64,000 bases of DNA from a bacterium. GTDB lineage: Bacteria; RBG-13-61-14; DATKZS01. The notes beneath the pieces were generated by a model, which was not told where the DNA came from, did no database searches, and saw only the letters and a program-made list of their open reading frames with translations. The position numbers and the translations under genes were made by a program. Shown in pieces: positions 1 to 8,630 of the stretch (the first letter of the stretch is position 1; each line of letters opens with the position of its first letter). The DNA is taken from NCBI GenBank assembly GCA_963674965.2, contig CAXXFL010000005.1, forward strand, positions 224,001 to 288,000, given 5' to 3'.

Positions 1-17
1 CCCTCAAGGAGGGCGCC

Positions 18-380
18 GTGGCCGAGGTCGAGTTCGAGGACGACGACGACACCTATATGATGATCAAGGAGGGGGGCAGAAGCGTCTTCAAACAGGGCAA
101 GCCCAAGAAGCCGCACGTGTACATGAAATTCAGCAAGGCCGCGGTGGATTATCTTCTGGACATCAAGGGAGACGACGTCGAGCAGATCGAGGAATACGTC
201 TCGCGCTTCGGCGAGTGCATCCTTAGCCCGACCAAGGAAAGGTGGGTCAAGTTCAAGCTCTGCACCAACGTGGTCACCGGCGCCCGCTACGGCTATTTCG
301 GCATGATGAAACTGGGCGGCAAAAAGGCCTTCGACCTCGTGGTCCAGCTCGGGATCAAAATCCCCAGCAAGTTCAGGTGA
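18..380 (+). CDS. Hypothetical protein, possibly SCP2/sterol-carrier-like; probably 5'-truncated by the window edge
   Basis: Host-like codon usage; frame is open back to the window start; SCP2 resemblance is weak and by eye only. Confidence 0.6.
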   Translation: MAEVEFEDDDDTYMMIKEGGRSVFKQGKPKKPHVYMKFSKAAVDYLLDIKGDDVEQIEEYVSRFGECILSPTKERWVKFKLCTNVVTGARYGYFGMMKLGGKKAFDLVVQLGIKIPSKFR

Positions 381-429
381 TCCTCGGGACGGCCCGGATT
401 TCCGGCGCCCCAAGGCGGACGGCCAACGT

Positions 430-462
430 GTGACCCGGATAGCTTGCCTATCGGGGCCACCC
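430..462. repeat. REP-like palindrome of the GGATAG-n-CTATC family
   Basis: gtgacccggatagcttgcctatcggggccaccc; the reverse complement begins GGGTGG-CCCCGATAGG, matching the copies at 3281-3761. Confidence 0.6.
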
Positions 463-585
463 ACGACCGATGGGGTGACCCGTCCGGTTTCGCAAGAAAC
501 CGCGCGGGTCCCGCGAAGCGGGATGGGTACGGGGCCGGGGAATTCAAAAAAACCTTTTCCACCGCCCTCCTGAAAATTCACGGGA

Positions 586-598
586 GGATAACGCCCCG
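586..598 (+). repeat. 13-bp direct repeat, copy 1 (GGATAACGCCCCG followed by a T-run)
   Basis: Identical to 2614-2626. Confidence 0.75.
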
Positions 599-630
599 GT
601 TTTTTTAGGGAAACAATAACTAGACTCCGA

Positions 631-647
631 TGTCAGTATATTTGACA
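631..647. promoter_or_regulatory. Operator-like inverted repeat TGTCA-N7-TGACA upstream of the DUF2157 gene
   Basis: tgtcagtatatttgaca; the right half lies within a TTGACA hexamer. Confidence 0.3.
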
Positions 648-710
648 CAAATCTTTTAAGTTCCGCGGCGGGTTATACAACACCTCAACTCGATAAAAGG
701 AGGAAGGCGC

Positions 711-2111
711 ATGGATGCAAAATTTGCCCCGAGGCCGGCGCGAGCGAGTTTCGTCAGACGACTTTTCCAAGAAGTCGACTACTGGGTCCAGGAGGGACTG
801 ATCGGCCAAGAGGCCTCCGCCGCCATCCGTTCCAGGTATCGCGAGCCGTCGCCCGTGGATTGGAGGGGCAGGGTGGTAACCGTTCTTACCATCATGGCCG
901 CCTCTTTTCTGGGTTTGGGCGTGATCCTTTTTTTCGCCTCCAATTGGGAGGCCATCCCTCGCTTGGCCAAGTTCATTCTGGTTTCATCGGTCATGTCCGG
1001 AGTTTATATCGCCGGATACTCCCTGCGTTACGAGCGAGGCTACGAGCGCCTTGGGGAGGCGTTGATCATTTTGGGGACCATACTTTTCGGCTCGGCCATT
1101 TTCCTGGTGGCCCAGGCCTTCAATATGAGGGAGCATTTTCCAAACGGCTTACTGCTATGGTCACTGGGTATCCTGTCCGTCGCGCTCTTCACCCGAAGCC
1201 CGTTTGTTTTCGCTTTATTCAATCTGGCTTTTATCGCCTGGTCCTGGACCGAGACCTATTACTTTCACAACTGGGGACCCACTACTTTATTGGTTACGTT
1301 GGGCGTCATCATACCGGCGGCTTACAAGCTTGAAAACAGATATCTGGTGGCCCTCGGTTTCGCGACGCTTGGCTTTTGCGCCATCGAGGGCGCGTTTTTC
1401 GATTCCACTTCCATCTACGGCCATACTCCGGACATAGTCTACATTGCCATGGCGTCCACCTTCGGCGGGATGATTTACGCGGCGGGAGCGTTTCAAGACC
1501 GATTGCCTGAATATAAAAAATACCGATACATCTTTCAGGTTTTCGGCCTCGTCTTCATCCTGGTCCCGCTTTTCTTGCTGTCATCACCAGGTTTGATCCA
1601 TGATTTTTCACGAGAAGCCTCGTCCTCTAGCCTCCGGTTCGCGCCGATCTCTTTTTTCGAAACCATCGCCATGGTCCTTATTATTCTGGCCATGCTCGTT
1701 TTATCGAGGGTAAAGAAATTTGATCGAGCCTGTACTGAAGAGATAGGAGCCTGTGCAGTAGTGGTTATACTTATCGCTCTGCTCGGAATTATTATACTTT
1801 ACGCGGGTAAAGGCATAAGGCACTCCGACTCCTTCGCGATCCTTATCGCGATCATCGTCAACGTAGTTCTGCTTGTATTGCTGGCGGCGATAATTTTCCA
1901 CGGCTACAGGCAGGGCAACAAGCTGCTCGTAAACGCGGCTCTTATCACGTTCGTGGCCGCGGCCATTACCAGATATTTCGAAACGTTTTGGGATATGATG
2001 CCGCGCTCCGTGTTTTTCATCGGAGGCGGAGCGCTTCTGCTCGTTGGCGGAGTTCTGCTGGAAAAACAACGGCGAAAATTAATGGGCTCTCCAAAGGAGG
2101 CGCGGACATGA
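711..2111 (+). CDS. DUF2157-family multi-pass membrane protein
   Basis: SD AAGGAGG; W.QEGLI...I..RY, G.ILFFASNWEAIPR.AK and IFLVAQAFN motifs; many TM segments. Confidence 0.85.
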   Translation: MDAKFAPRPARASFVRRLFQEVDYWVQEGLIGQEASAAIRSRYREPSPVDWRGRVVTVLTIMAASFLGLGVILFFASNWEAIPRLAKFILVSSVMSGVYIAGYSLRYERGYERLGEALIILGTILFGSAIFLVAQAFNMREHFPNGLLLWSLGILSVALFTRSPFVFALFNLAFIAWSWTETYYFHNWGPTTLLVTLGVIIPAAYKLENRYLVALGFATLGFCAIEGAFFDSTSIYGHTPDIVYIAMASTFGGMIYAAGAFQDRLPEYKKYRYIFQVFGLVFILVPLFLLSSPGLIHDFSREASSSSLRFAPISFFETIAMVLIILAMLVLSRVKKFDRACTEEIGACAVVVILIALLGIIILYAGKGIRHSDSFAILIAIIVNVVLLVLLAAIIFHGYRQGNKLLVNAALITFVAAAITRYFETFWDMMPRSVFFIGGGALLLVGGVLLEKQRRKLMGSPKEART

Positions 2112-2605
2112 ACCGGAAAAAGATTTACTACGCCATCGTGGCCCTGCAGGTCCTTGCCCTGGCCGGCATGATCGGTTTCAAGTACTCGACCGTGCTGACC
2201 GGCAAAACCGTGGTGCTCCGCGTTAACTCACACTATCCAAGACACCATGTAAGAGGAGAGCGCGTGCGGATTAACTTCGAAATCGATTTTCTTGAAACAA
2301 AGGGGCTTGGGGGCGATGAAGGACCTTTTAAAAAAGGCGACGATCTCTATGTTGTTTTAGTCGAGGATAATACGCATTGGAAGGCGAATAGTATATTTAA
2401 GGAAAAGCCTGAGATAGGAATTGATGAGGCCGTTATAAAAGGTAAAATCCTTTCCGTAAATCCCTCGTACCTAAAGGTGGATTATGGAGTCGACAGCTTC
2501 TATGTGCCAGAGGGAAAAGGCCGAAAACTCATGTACAAGCAATTTTGGGAGGTTGCCCTTGACCGTAGTGGCCACGCGCTGATTAAAGGGCCGGTCGATC
2601 GTTAA
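2108..2605 (+). CDS. GDYXXLXY-family membrane-anchored protein with a degenerate signature
   Basis: ATGA overlap with DUF2157, its usual partner; N-terminal TM, TGKTVVL and YGVDSFYVPEGKG motifs. Confidence 0.8.
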   Translation: MNRKKIYYAIVALQVLALAGMIGFKYSTVLTGKTVVLRVNSHYPRHHVRGERVRINFEIDFLETKGLGGDEGPFKKGDDLYVVLVEDNTHWKANSIFKEKPEIGIDEAVIKGKILSVNPSYLKVDYGVDSFYVPEGKGRKLMYKQFWEVALDRSGHALIKGPVDR

Positions 2606-2613
2606 GCTCTTGT

Positions 2614-2626
2614 GGATAACGCCCCG
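2614..2626 (+). repeat. 13-bp direct repeat, copy 2 (GGATAACGCCCCG followed by a T-run)
   Basis: Identical to 586-598. Confidence 0.75.
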
Positions 2627-2684
2627 TTTTTTCGATTTGTATTAATAGTCAAACTGTAAATCAACTAATTTAGGTGCATATAAA

Positions 2685-3185
2685 ATGACCAAAATGACAA
2701 TGATGATTGTTATTGTTTTACTCGCGTCGCCAATTCTCTCTTGCTCTCATTTCATCGCCAGAAAGGGAGATGTTAATATGTTCAAAGGCGATACTTTCAA
2801 ACAAGAGGTTGATAAAGTTATGGAGGCGGTATTATTAATAGATTTTCATATGTCTGAACGGGAAATTCTAAATTTGCTAGGCCTTGATTCGTGGGGGAAT
2901 AAATACCATGTTGTTGTTGGCGATGAAAAGACATTAGTTGCACCAGGATACAAACTTGAAGGCGCCAAAATGATATTTATCATCACGGGAGGAGAGGATG
3001 GCAAAATATCTTTCGATTATTCTCAAGAAAGTGCCCCGACATTTTATTGGGGATTCGACGATATTAAATTTGAGTTAAGATACGGTTTTCACAATTTAGA
3101 ATCATGCCTTTTCTATTACAATCCAGTATACTATGACAATACGGTATATAATATCCAAGGCGGCATGCCTTTTCCGTCTCATTAA
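2685..3185 (+). CDS. Hypothetical exported protein or lipoprotein, AT-rich ORFan
   Basis: 166-aa ORF; hydrophobic N-terminus ending ILSC (lipobox-like); AT-rich codons. Confidence 0.65.
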   Translation: MTKMTMMIVIVLLASPILSCSHFIARKGDVNMFKGDTFKQEVDKVMEAVLLIDFHMSEREILNLLGLDSWGNKYHVVVGDEKTLVAPGYKLEGAKMIFIITGGEDGKISFDYSQESAPTFYWGFDDIKFELRYGFHNLESCLFYYNPVYYDNTVYNIQGGMPFPSH

Positions 3186-3280
3186 GATATGCGCCGAGAC
3201 GGATGAGTCGAGGGCCTCCCTCGGTATTCGATTTTCAAAGAGCTGGGCGGGTCGCGCCGCCGGGGCCTGACTTGGATCAG

Positions 3281-3761
3281 GGGTGGCGCGGATAGATCGA
3301 CTATTCGCGAGGCCTAAGCCGCAGGATGGGAAAAACATATGGCCAGTAAACCTTTGGTTCTCCCTTCCCGCGCCTTCGGCGCCCAGATAGCGGAGCTATC
3401 CGGGCTACCCCTCGCAAAAATGCCCTTCTATATATGGCGAAACGGGTGCATTTTTGTGGAGCGCCGGTTGACGAAATGCTGGGTTTTCGCGCCCGCGATG
3501 ATATACCTTCATGGTTAATTGTATAATTCCGGCAGGTAAGGGCCGCCGATAAAAATATCGTCCATCCCCAATTTACGACTTCAATTCCATCTCCGCTCGA
3601 CGGCTAAACCTGGGTGACCCAAAAGCGATAGACCTGGTGGCCCGGATAGCACCGCTATCTGGGCGCCGAAGGCGCGGGAAAGGGGGCGATGGTCCGCCGG
3701 GCGCGTACATAAGAGTCCAACGGCTTACGCCGCGCGGATAGGCGAGCTATCCGCGCCACCC
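3281..3761. repeat. Mirror-symmetric cluster of four GTRG-type REP elements (BIME/REPIN-like)
   Basis: 3281-3321 is an inverted copy of 3721-3761 (5 mismatches in 41); about 3365-3409 is an inverted copy of about 3636-3680 (2 mismatches); each unit is GT(A/G)G plus a palindrome. Confidence 0.85.
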
Positions 3762-3968
3762 ACTCATTTTGCGTGGGTGAGCGCGGCGAACGGGCTGAGC
3801 GTCTCCGACGCCGATAGCCACATAAACACACCGTTCAAATGGAATAAAATAACATATTGCGTGCTTACTTCTGAATGAAATACTACTCAGCCCGCGGCTA
3901 GGCCGCCCATGTATTTTTTAGAAAAAGCAGGGGCCACCATGCGGTATAAAATAACCGGCGAATACGGC

Positions 3969-4199
3969 TTAATCGTCCCACGACGAGTTAGCGTCAACCC
4001 ATTTGATTGCATAGTAGTACCATCCGGCGGCAAGGAACAATCCGATCCCGGCGAAAGCTCTGGGGTCTATGAATCCGTAAATCGTCCCGACTATTCCCGC
4101 GACGACGCATAACCAGCAGAACACAAGCGCGACCCCCCGCGAGTTAATACCCCACAATCCCCAGTAAACAAGCTCCGGCATGCCTTTCTTTCTTTGCAT
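3969..4199 (-). CDS. Small two-TM membrane protein
   Basis: SD AAGGAGGT; two hydrophobic helices; ends AIKWVD...W. Confidence 0.7.
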   Translation of the reverse strand: MQRKKGMPELVYWGLWGINSRGVALVFCWLCVVAGIVGTIYGFIDPRAFAGIGLFLAAGWYYYAIKWVDANSSWDD

Positions 4200-4454
4200 T
4201 GCGATACCTCCTTGCTTTGGATGCCTTGTATCTTTACCTTTTGTGCCTTTATTAAATATATTCTACTGTCTCGGTCGTTTATAATCATTCCGTTTCCCAT
4301 AAAAGTTGCTCGCTAGTATTAGCTTCCTACATGCCGACCTGCTCCCCGCGGTCGCCCATATAGAGCTATAGTTTATCCTTTCGGCTAAAATAGAGCATTC
4401 TGAAACGCGAGACATTCCCGGAATATCAAACTCGCCGACCCGCTCGCTATGCTC

Positions 4455-4482
4455 GCCCATATAGCGTAGCTATATGGGTTAC
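4455..4482 (-). repeat. AT-shifted REP copy forming a perfect palindrome
   Basis: gcccatatagcgtagctatatgggttac aligns ungapped with 3381-3408 (23/28 identical). Confidence 0.65.
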
Positions 4483-4865
4483 TTATAATTCAAGACCCGT
4501 CAGTGGGTTACCTGTTGGAGAAGCAGTTGACAAATACAAGCATCAGCGGCAACGTAAGAGCTTGAGCGTTCATCAGCGTTCACTCCCGCGTTATGAGGGC
4601 CGATCACGCCTCTCATTATACGGGAAAAACTAGTGAACGCTATTTTTACATGGTGGAACATGGCTAAAAAGTTCTAAAGTTCAGTAAACATTATTATCAA
4701 TACATTATCTTTAACGGTTTCAATCGGGACTTGCCTTCAAAGACGTTGTAGTAAAAGAAGCGCGGCCCTGTTCCAGTACCGTAACGCGACACCCGCGCGG
4801 TTGGACGGGTCATCGCCCAGTGATCGGTCGGGCTTGAAGATGTTTTCGGGGGGACAAACAGCCGG

Positions 4866-5939
4866 TCAATAGGACCAGGGCTTGGGCATGAACAGTTCCT
4901 CGAAGACGTGGATGGCGTAGTCGTCGCTCATGCTGGCGATGAAGTCCACGGCCTCGCGCTCGACGTCGCAGGTCAGTTTTTCCTTTCCGGAAAGGGCGAG
5001 CAGGTCCTCGGGCTTGGACACGAAGCTTTCGTAGAGCTGGTGGATGATCCCGCGGGCCTTTCTGAACTCCCTCAGCACTTCCTCCCTCTCGTAGACGGTG
5101 TCGAAGAGGAAGTCCCGCATCCCCTCCATGGCGCCGAGAACGTCGGCGGACATGGCCACGGCGTTGGTCCCGAGCTTGGCCGTCTCGAGGATGATGTCCG
5201 TCACCATGGTGTTGATGCGGCTGGAGTTGGCGTGGCCCAGCACCTCGAGGAAACGGGAGGGCACGTCCTCAGCGCCGATCAGGCCAGCCTGGATGGCGTC
5301 CTGCAAATCGTGGTTGGTATAAGCCACGATGTCGGCCACCCTCACGATCTTGCCCTCCATGGTTTGGGGAAGCCCTTTTAGCTTGTCGCCCACGATGGGG
5401 TTTTTCCGGCCCTTCGAGTGCTTGAAGATGCCGTCCCGGACCTCCCAGGTCAGGTTGAGGCCCCGGCCGCCGAGGGCCAGCTTGTCCACCACCCTTAGGC
5501 TTTGCTCCCAGTGCTTGAAGCCCTTGCCGTAGACCTCGTTGAGGGCGAACTCGCCGGCGTGCCCGAAGGGCGTGTGGCCCAGGTCGTGGCCCAGGGCGAT
5601 GGCCTCGGTCAGGTCCTCGTTGAGGAAGAGGGCCTTGGAAATGGTGCGGGCTATCTGGCTGACCTCGATGGTATGGGTGAGCCGGGTGCGGTAATGGTCT
5701 CCCTTCGGGGCGAGGAAAACCTGGGTTTTGTGCTTGAGGCGGCGGAAGGCCTTCGAGTGAATGACGCGGTCGCGGTCGTGCTGGAAGTCGGGCCTCACGT
5801 GGCAGGGCGCCTCGGGGACTTTCCTTCCCCGGGACTGGTCGCTCTTGCAGGCCAACTCGGAAAGGGTCTCGTGCTCGAGGGCCTCGAGCCTTCGTCTGAT
5901 CTCCCCGTTTTTAACGTCCAACCTGGCGACTTTTTTCAT
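4866..5939 (-). CDS. dgt: Deoxyguanosinetriphosphate triphosphohydrolase (HD family)
   Basis: FQHDRDRVIHSKAFRRLKHKTQVF, RTRLTHTIEV, HDLGHTPFGHAGE, ADIVAY..HD. Confidence 0.95.
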   Translation of the reverse strand: MKKVARLDVKNGEIRRRLEALEHETLSELACKSDQSRGRKVPEAPCHVRPDFQHDRDRVIHSKAFRRLKHKTQVFLAPKGDHYRTRLTHTIEVSQIARTISKALFLNEDLTEAIALGHDLGHTPFGHAGEFALNEVYGKGFKHWEQSLRVVDKLALGGRGLNLTWEVRDGIFKHSKGRKNPIVGDKLKGLPQTMEGKIVRVADIVAYTNHDLQDAIQAGLIGAEDVPSRFLEVLGHANSSRINTMVTDIILETAKLGTNAVAMSADVLGAMEGMRDFLFDTVYEREEVLREFRKARGIIHQLYESFVSKPEDLLALSGKEKLTCDVEREAVDFIASMSDDYAIHVFEELFMPKPWSY

Positions 5940-6006
5940 GAGGTCCCTTATTTCTCTCGGGCGCGAGGCGCAAGGTTATGGCCATCCCCGCGTCCGGTTG
6001 ACCGAT

Positions 6007-6035
6007 ATTGTATACGCGGCGGTTGGCGAGGTCAA
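6007..6035 (-). promoter_or_regulatory. Sigma70-type promoter for dgt
   Basis: Minus strand TTGACC-N17-TACAAT. Confidence 0.6.
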
Positions 6036-6087
6036 AGGGGAAACGGGAGATGGCCGGGGCAAATAGCGCGCGCCGCGGCGAGAAATT

Positions 6088-6118
6088 AAAAGCGGCCCGT
6101 CGTGAGCCGCTTTGTTTT
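6088..6118. terminator. Intrinsic terminator, possibly bidirectional
   Basis: aaagcggc...gccgcttt stem with A/T tracts, just past the 6139 stop. Confidence 0.6.
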
Positions 6119-6138
6119 CGATCTTCCTGATGGATTCG

Positions 6139-6588
6139 TCACGAGCCCTCCTCGAGGGCGCTTTTGAGCTTGTAATGGAGGTCTCGTCCGACCTCGACGT
6201 CCGTGCCGGGGACCCATTTCTCGCCCAGCCCGCCTTGCTCGAGTATCTCGCACTGGGCCTTGGACTTGATCGAGCGCCGGTCGGGCGCGAACTGGACGAT
6301 GGCCCGGCAGCGGTAATCTAGCCTTTCCTCTCCCGTGGCCTCATAGTTCCAGTCGGTCTCGATATAGCCCCGCTCCTTTTCGGCTTGCTCGTAGAAGTAG
6401 CGGTTGGAGTCCAACACGTCGTTTACGATGGCCCAGGCCTGGTCGTAGGTCATTTCGTCCGCCAGCAGGATTTCCATTTGCCCTCCGGTCGTTATGGGAA
6501 CGTAACCTTCCGGCTTTTGGGTGGACTCGCATTGGCAGACTATGGCCGCGAGCAGTATTACGGGTATGGCAAGTAATTTCCCTCGCAT
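6139..6588 (-). CDS. Hypothetical lipoprotein
   Basis: SD AGGAGG before ATG 6588; signal peptide with Cys; W..V.D.L...Y....KERGYIETDW pattern. Confidence 0.75.
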   Translation of the reverse strand: MRGKLLAIPVILLAAIVCQCESTQKPEGYVPITTGGQMEILLADEMTYDQAWAIVNDVLDSNRYFYEQAEKERGYIETDWNYEATGEERLDYRCRAIVQFAPDRRSIKSKAQCEILEQGGLGEKWVPGTDVEVGRDLHYKLKSALEEGS

Positions 6589-6737
6589 GGGTTGCCTCCT
6601 TTTAAAATTGGACAACTGGCGGCATGCCCCGGTTTCGATCGAGACTTCTTTATATCCCCCACTAAAGAGTAGGATAACATTTTTTTGTGATTTCTCCAGT
6701 CCAGGGCCAAGGAGCCTGAAAGATGGGGATTATTCCG

Positions 6738-8486
6738 TCAGCGCCTTCTTGGGCCGCCTCGATCTTTGGCCTTGAAAACCCAGATCGAGTGGCCGATTAC
6801 GCGGTCGGGATTATCGCGCAAGTAATTGGAATAGCTGGATGCGTCACTCCAATAGATTTCTTCTTTATCGCTCACGAAATAGGGGAGTCCAAGCAACAGG
6901 CTGGCGCTGACGGCCACGACGTCGCAGTTCCCGTCTTCTCGCGGCAACCGGTGTTGGATACCGTAAACCGCGGGATGGACCCGGCCGAAATAGGCCAGGC
7001 AAATCTCGTCCACCCCCTCGTCCTCCATGTATTTTTTCAGGCCGATCAGGTCCTGGCCCCAGTCCAGGTTGGAGTCGGCCAGGATTTTATATCCGTTCGC
7101 CGAGCCTCCGGCGAAGAGATTAAAATAAGGGATGTAATGAGGATATGCCAGCAGGTTGGATGCTCCGTGACAAACGACCAGGGCCGCCACCGCCGCTCTC
7201 GCCGCCTTGCGCGGGGGGGATATGGCCCAAAGCGTTCTCGAGCACAGGATGAAAAGGAATGGGAACGCGGGCATAACGTAGCGGACGCCTATATTGATGT
7301 GGGTGAAAAAGGTTATGCCCGCGACGAGAACGAGGGGCGGCGCGATAATGAATATCTCGTCGGGCGCGGGCCTGAGTTTTTTGGAGAAGAAGGTCGCGAT
7401 CGAGAAAAGTAGCAGTAAGATGGAGGGAGCGGTCATTTTCACGGCCATGGCCAGGGGATAGTAATATACGCGTTCTTGCCTCGAGACTTCGCCGAGAAGG
7501 TAAACGGGGTAATTCCCCTCGTTCTCCTGGCTTTGAAGGTCGAACCCCCTCACGTAGTCGTAAGAAGCGGGAAGGGGAAGCCGGTCGGGAAGCAAGGCGG
7601 CGATCCCGGTCATGAAGGCGCTTTTAAATTGATAGTCGCCCATGGCGGTCCCGAAGCCATGCCATAAATAGCCGGAGTTCAGCGTGATGAAGGCCGCGGC
7701 CAGAAAGGCGGCTATCTTGGGCAGGGCTTTCTTGAAAGGGGGCTTGGGAGACCCCATCAAGTAATCGGTGATGGACAGGGCGGGCAGAAGCCCCAGCAGG
7801 ATGATGGAGGTGAACTTGACCAGAAGGGCAAGGCCCAGGGCGGTCCCCGCCGCCAGGGCGCGGGGCCAGGTGACGTTTCTGCAAAAGCGCCAGAATAAAA
7901 ATACGGCCAGGGACAAAAAGAAGGCCTCGCCCACGTCGGTGGTGACCAGCCGGGCGTGGGCCATCATGGTGGGACAAAGGGCCGTGAGCAAGGCGGCGGT
8001 TAAGCCGGCCGCGGCGCCGTAAAGCCCTCTTGCCCACCACCACGCAAGAAGCGCCAGGGCGGCCCCGAAAAGCACGGTCATGAGGCGGGCCTTGACGAAA
8101 ATCTCCTGATAGAGACCCTGGTTGTCCGCCATGAACTCGTAACCCATGAGCCAGTGGTTGCCTTCCCGCCAGCCGGAACGCAGCGGGACTTTGACCTCCC
8201 CTACCATTAAGGGCAAGGCGCAGATGGCCCTCATCAGGGGAGGGTTGTGCGGATAGAGCCTGAAGTCGCCGGTCTTTAAATAGGACGCGCCGGCGGGAAG
8301 GTGGGCGAACTCGTCGATGGTGACCGACTTTCCCGCCAGGCTGGAGACGGCGAGAAAAAAATAAAGGGCCAGTAAAAATATTAAGGCCGCCAGTTCCAGC
8401 CTCGTCGGCCGAGGGGGGCTATTCCTATTATCTCGCTCATTTGCTTCCTTGTTGGTCTTCATCTTTCCTTTTTCACCTTCGCTCAT
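6738..8486 (-). CDS. GT39/ArnT-like (PMT_2) membrane glycosyltransferase
   Basis: TIDEFAHL.AG, HNPPL, ARL, HARLVTTD, LALLVKFT, DSNLDWGQDL; start could be 8462. Confidence 0.9.
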   Translation of the reverse strand: MSEGEKGKMKTNKEANERDNRNSPPRPTRLELAALIFLLALYFFLAVSSLAGKSVTIDEFAHLPAGASYLKTGDFRLYPHNPPLMRAICALPLMVGEVKVPLRSGWREGNHWLMGYEFMADNQGLYQEIFVKARLMTVLFGAALALLAWWWARGLYGAAAGLTAALLTALCPTMMAHARLVTTDVGEAFFLSLAVFLFWRFCRNVTWPRALAAGTALGLALLVKFTSIILLGLLPALSITDYLMGSPKPPFKKALPKIAAFLAAAFITLNSGYLWHGFGTAMGDYQFKSAFMTGIAALLPDRLPLPASYDYVRGFDLQSQENEGNYPVYLLGEVSRQERVYYYPLAMAVKMTAPSILLLLFSIATFFSKKLRPAPDEIFIIAPPLVLVAGITFFTHINIGVRYVMPAFPFLFILCSRTLWAISPPRKAARAAVAALVVCHGASNLLAYPHYIPYFNLFAGGSANGYKILADSNLDWGQDLIGLKKYMEDEGVDEICLAYFGRVHPAVYGIQHRLPREDGNCDVVAVSASLLLGLPYFVSDKEEIYWSDASSYSNYLRDNPDRVIGHSIWVFKAKDRGGPRRR

Positions 8487-8630
8487 GTCCTGAATCTATA
8501 ACACCCCCGCGCCCGCGATGCCACTTCCATCCGGAGCATCGTTGAAATTCAATTCCAGACGCGTTAGTTTGAATGAGTTGGCTGGGAAAGACCGCGGCCG
8601 GAAATGGACCGGCCGCAAGGAGGAGGACCA

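Noticed and set aside
4476-4515. tRNA fragment or att site at the island edge
   Set aside because: No T-arm (GTTCGA-like) or cloverleaf; only short TGGGTTAC repeats
380-4860. Integron cassette array or CRISPR array
   Set aside because: No intI or cas genes, no RYYYAAC...GTTRRRY attC pairs seen after the ORFs, and the repeats are inverted and irregularly spaced
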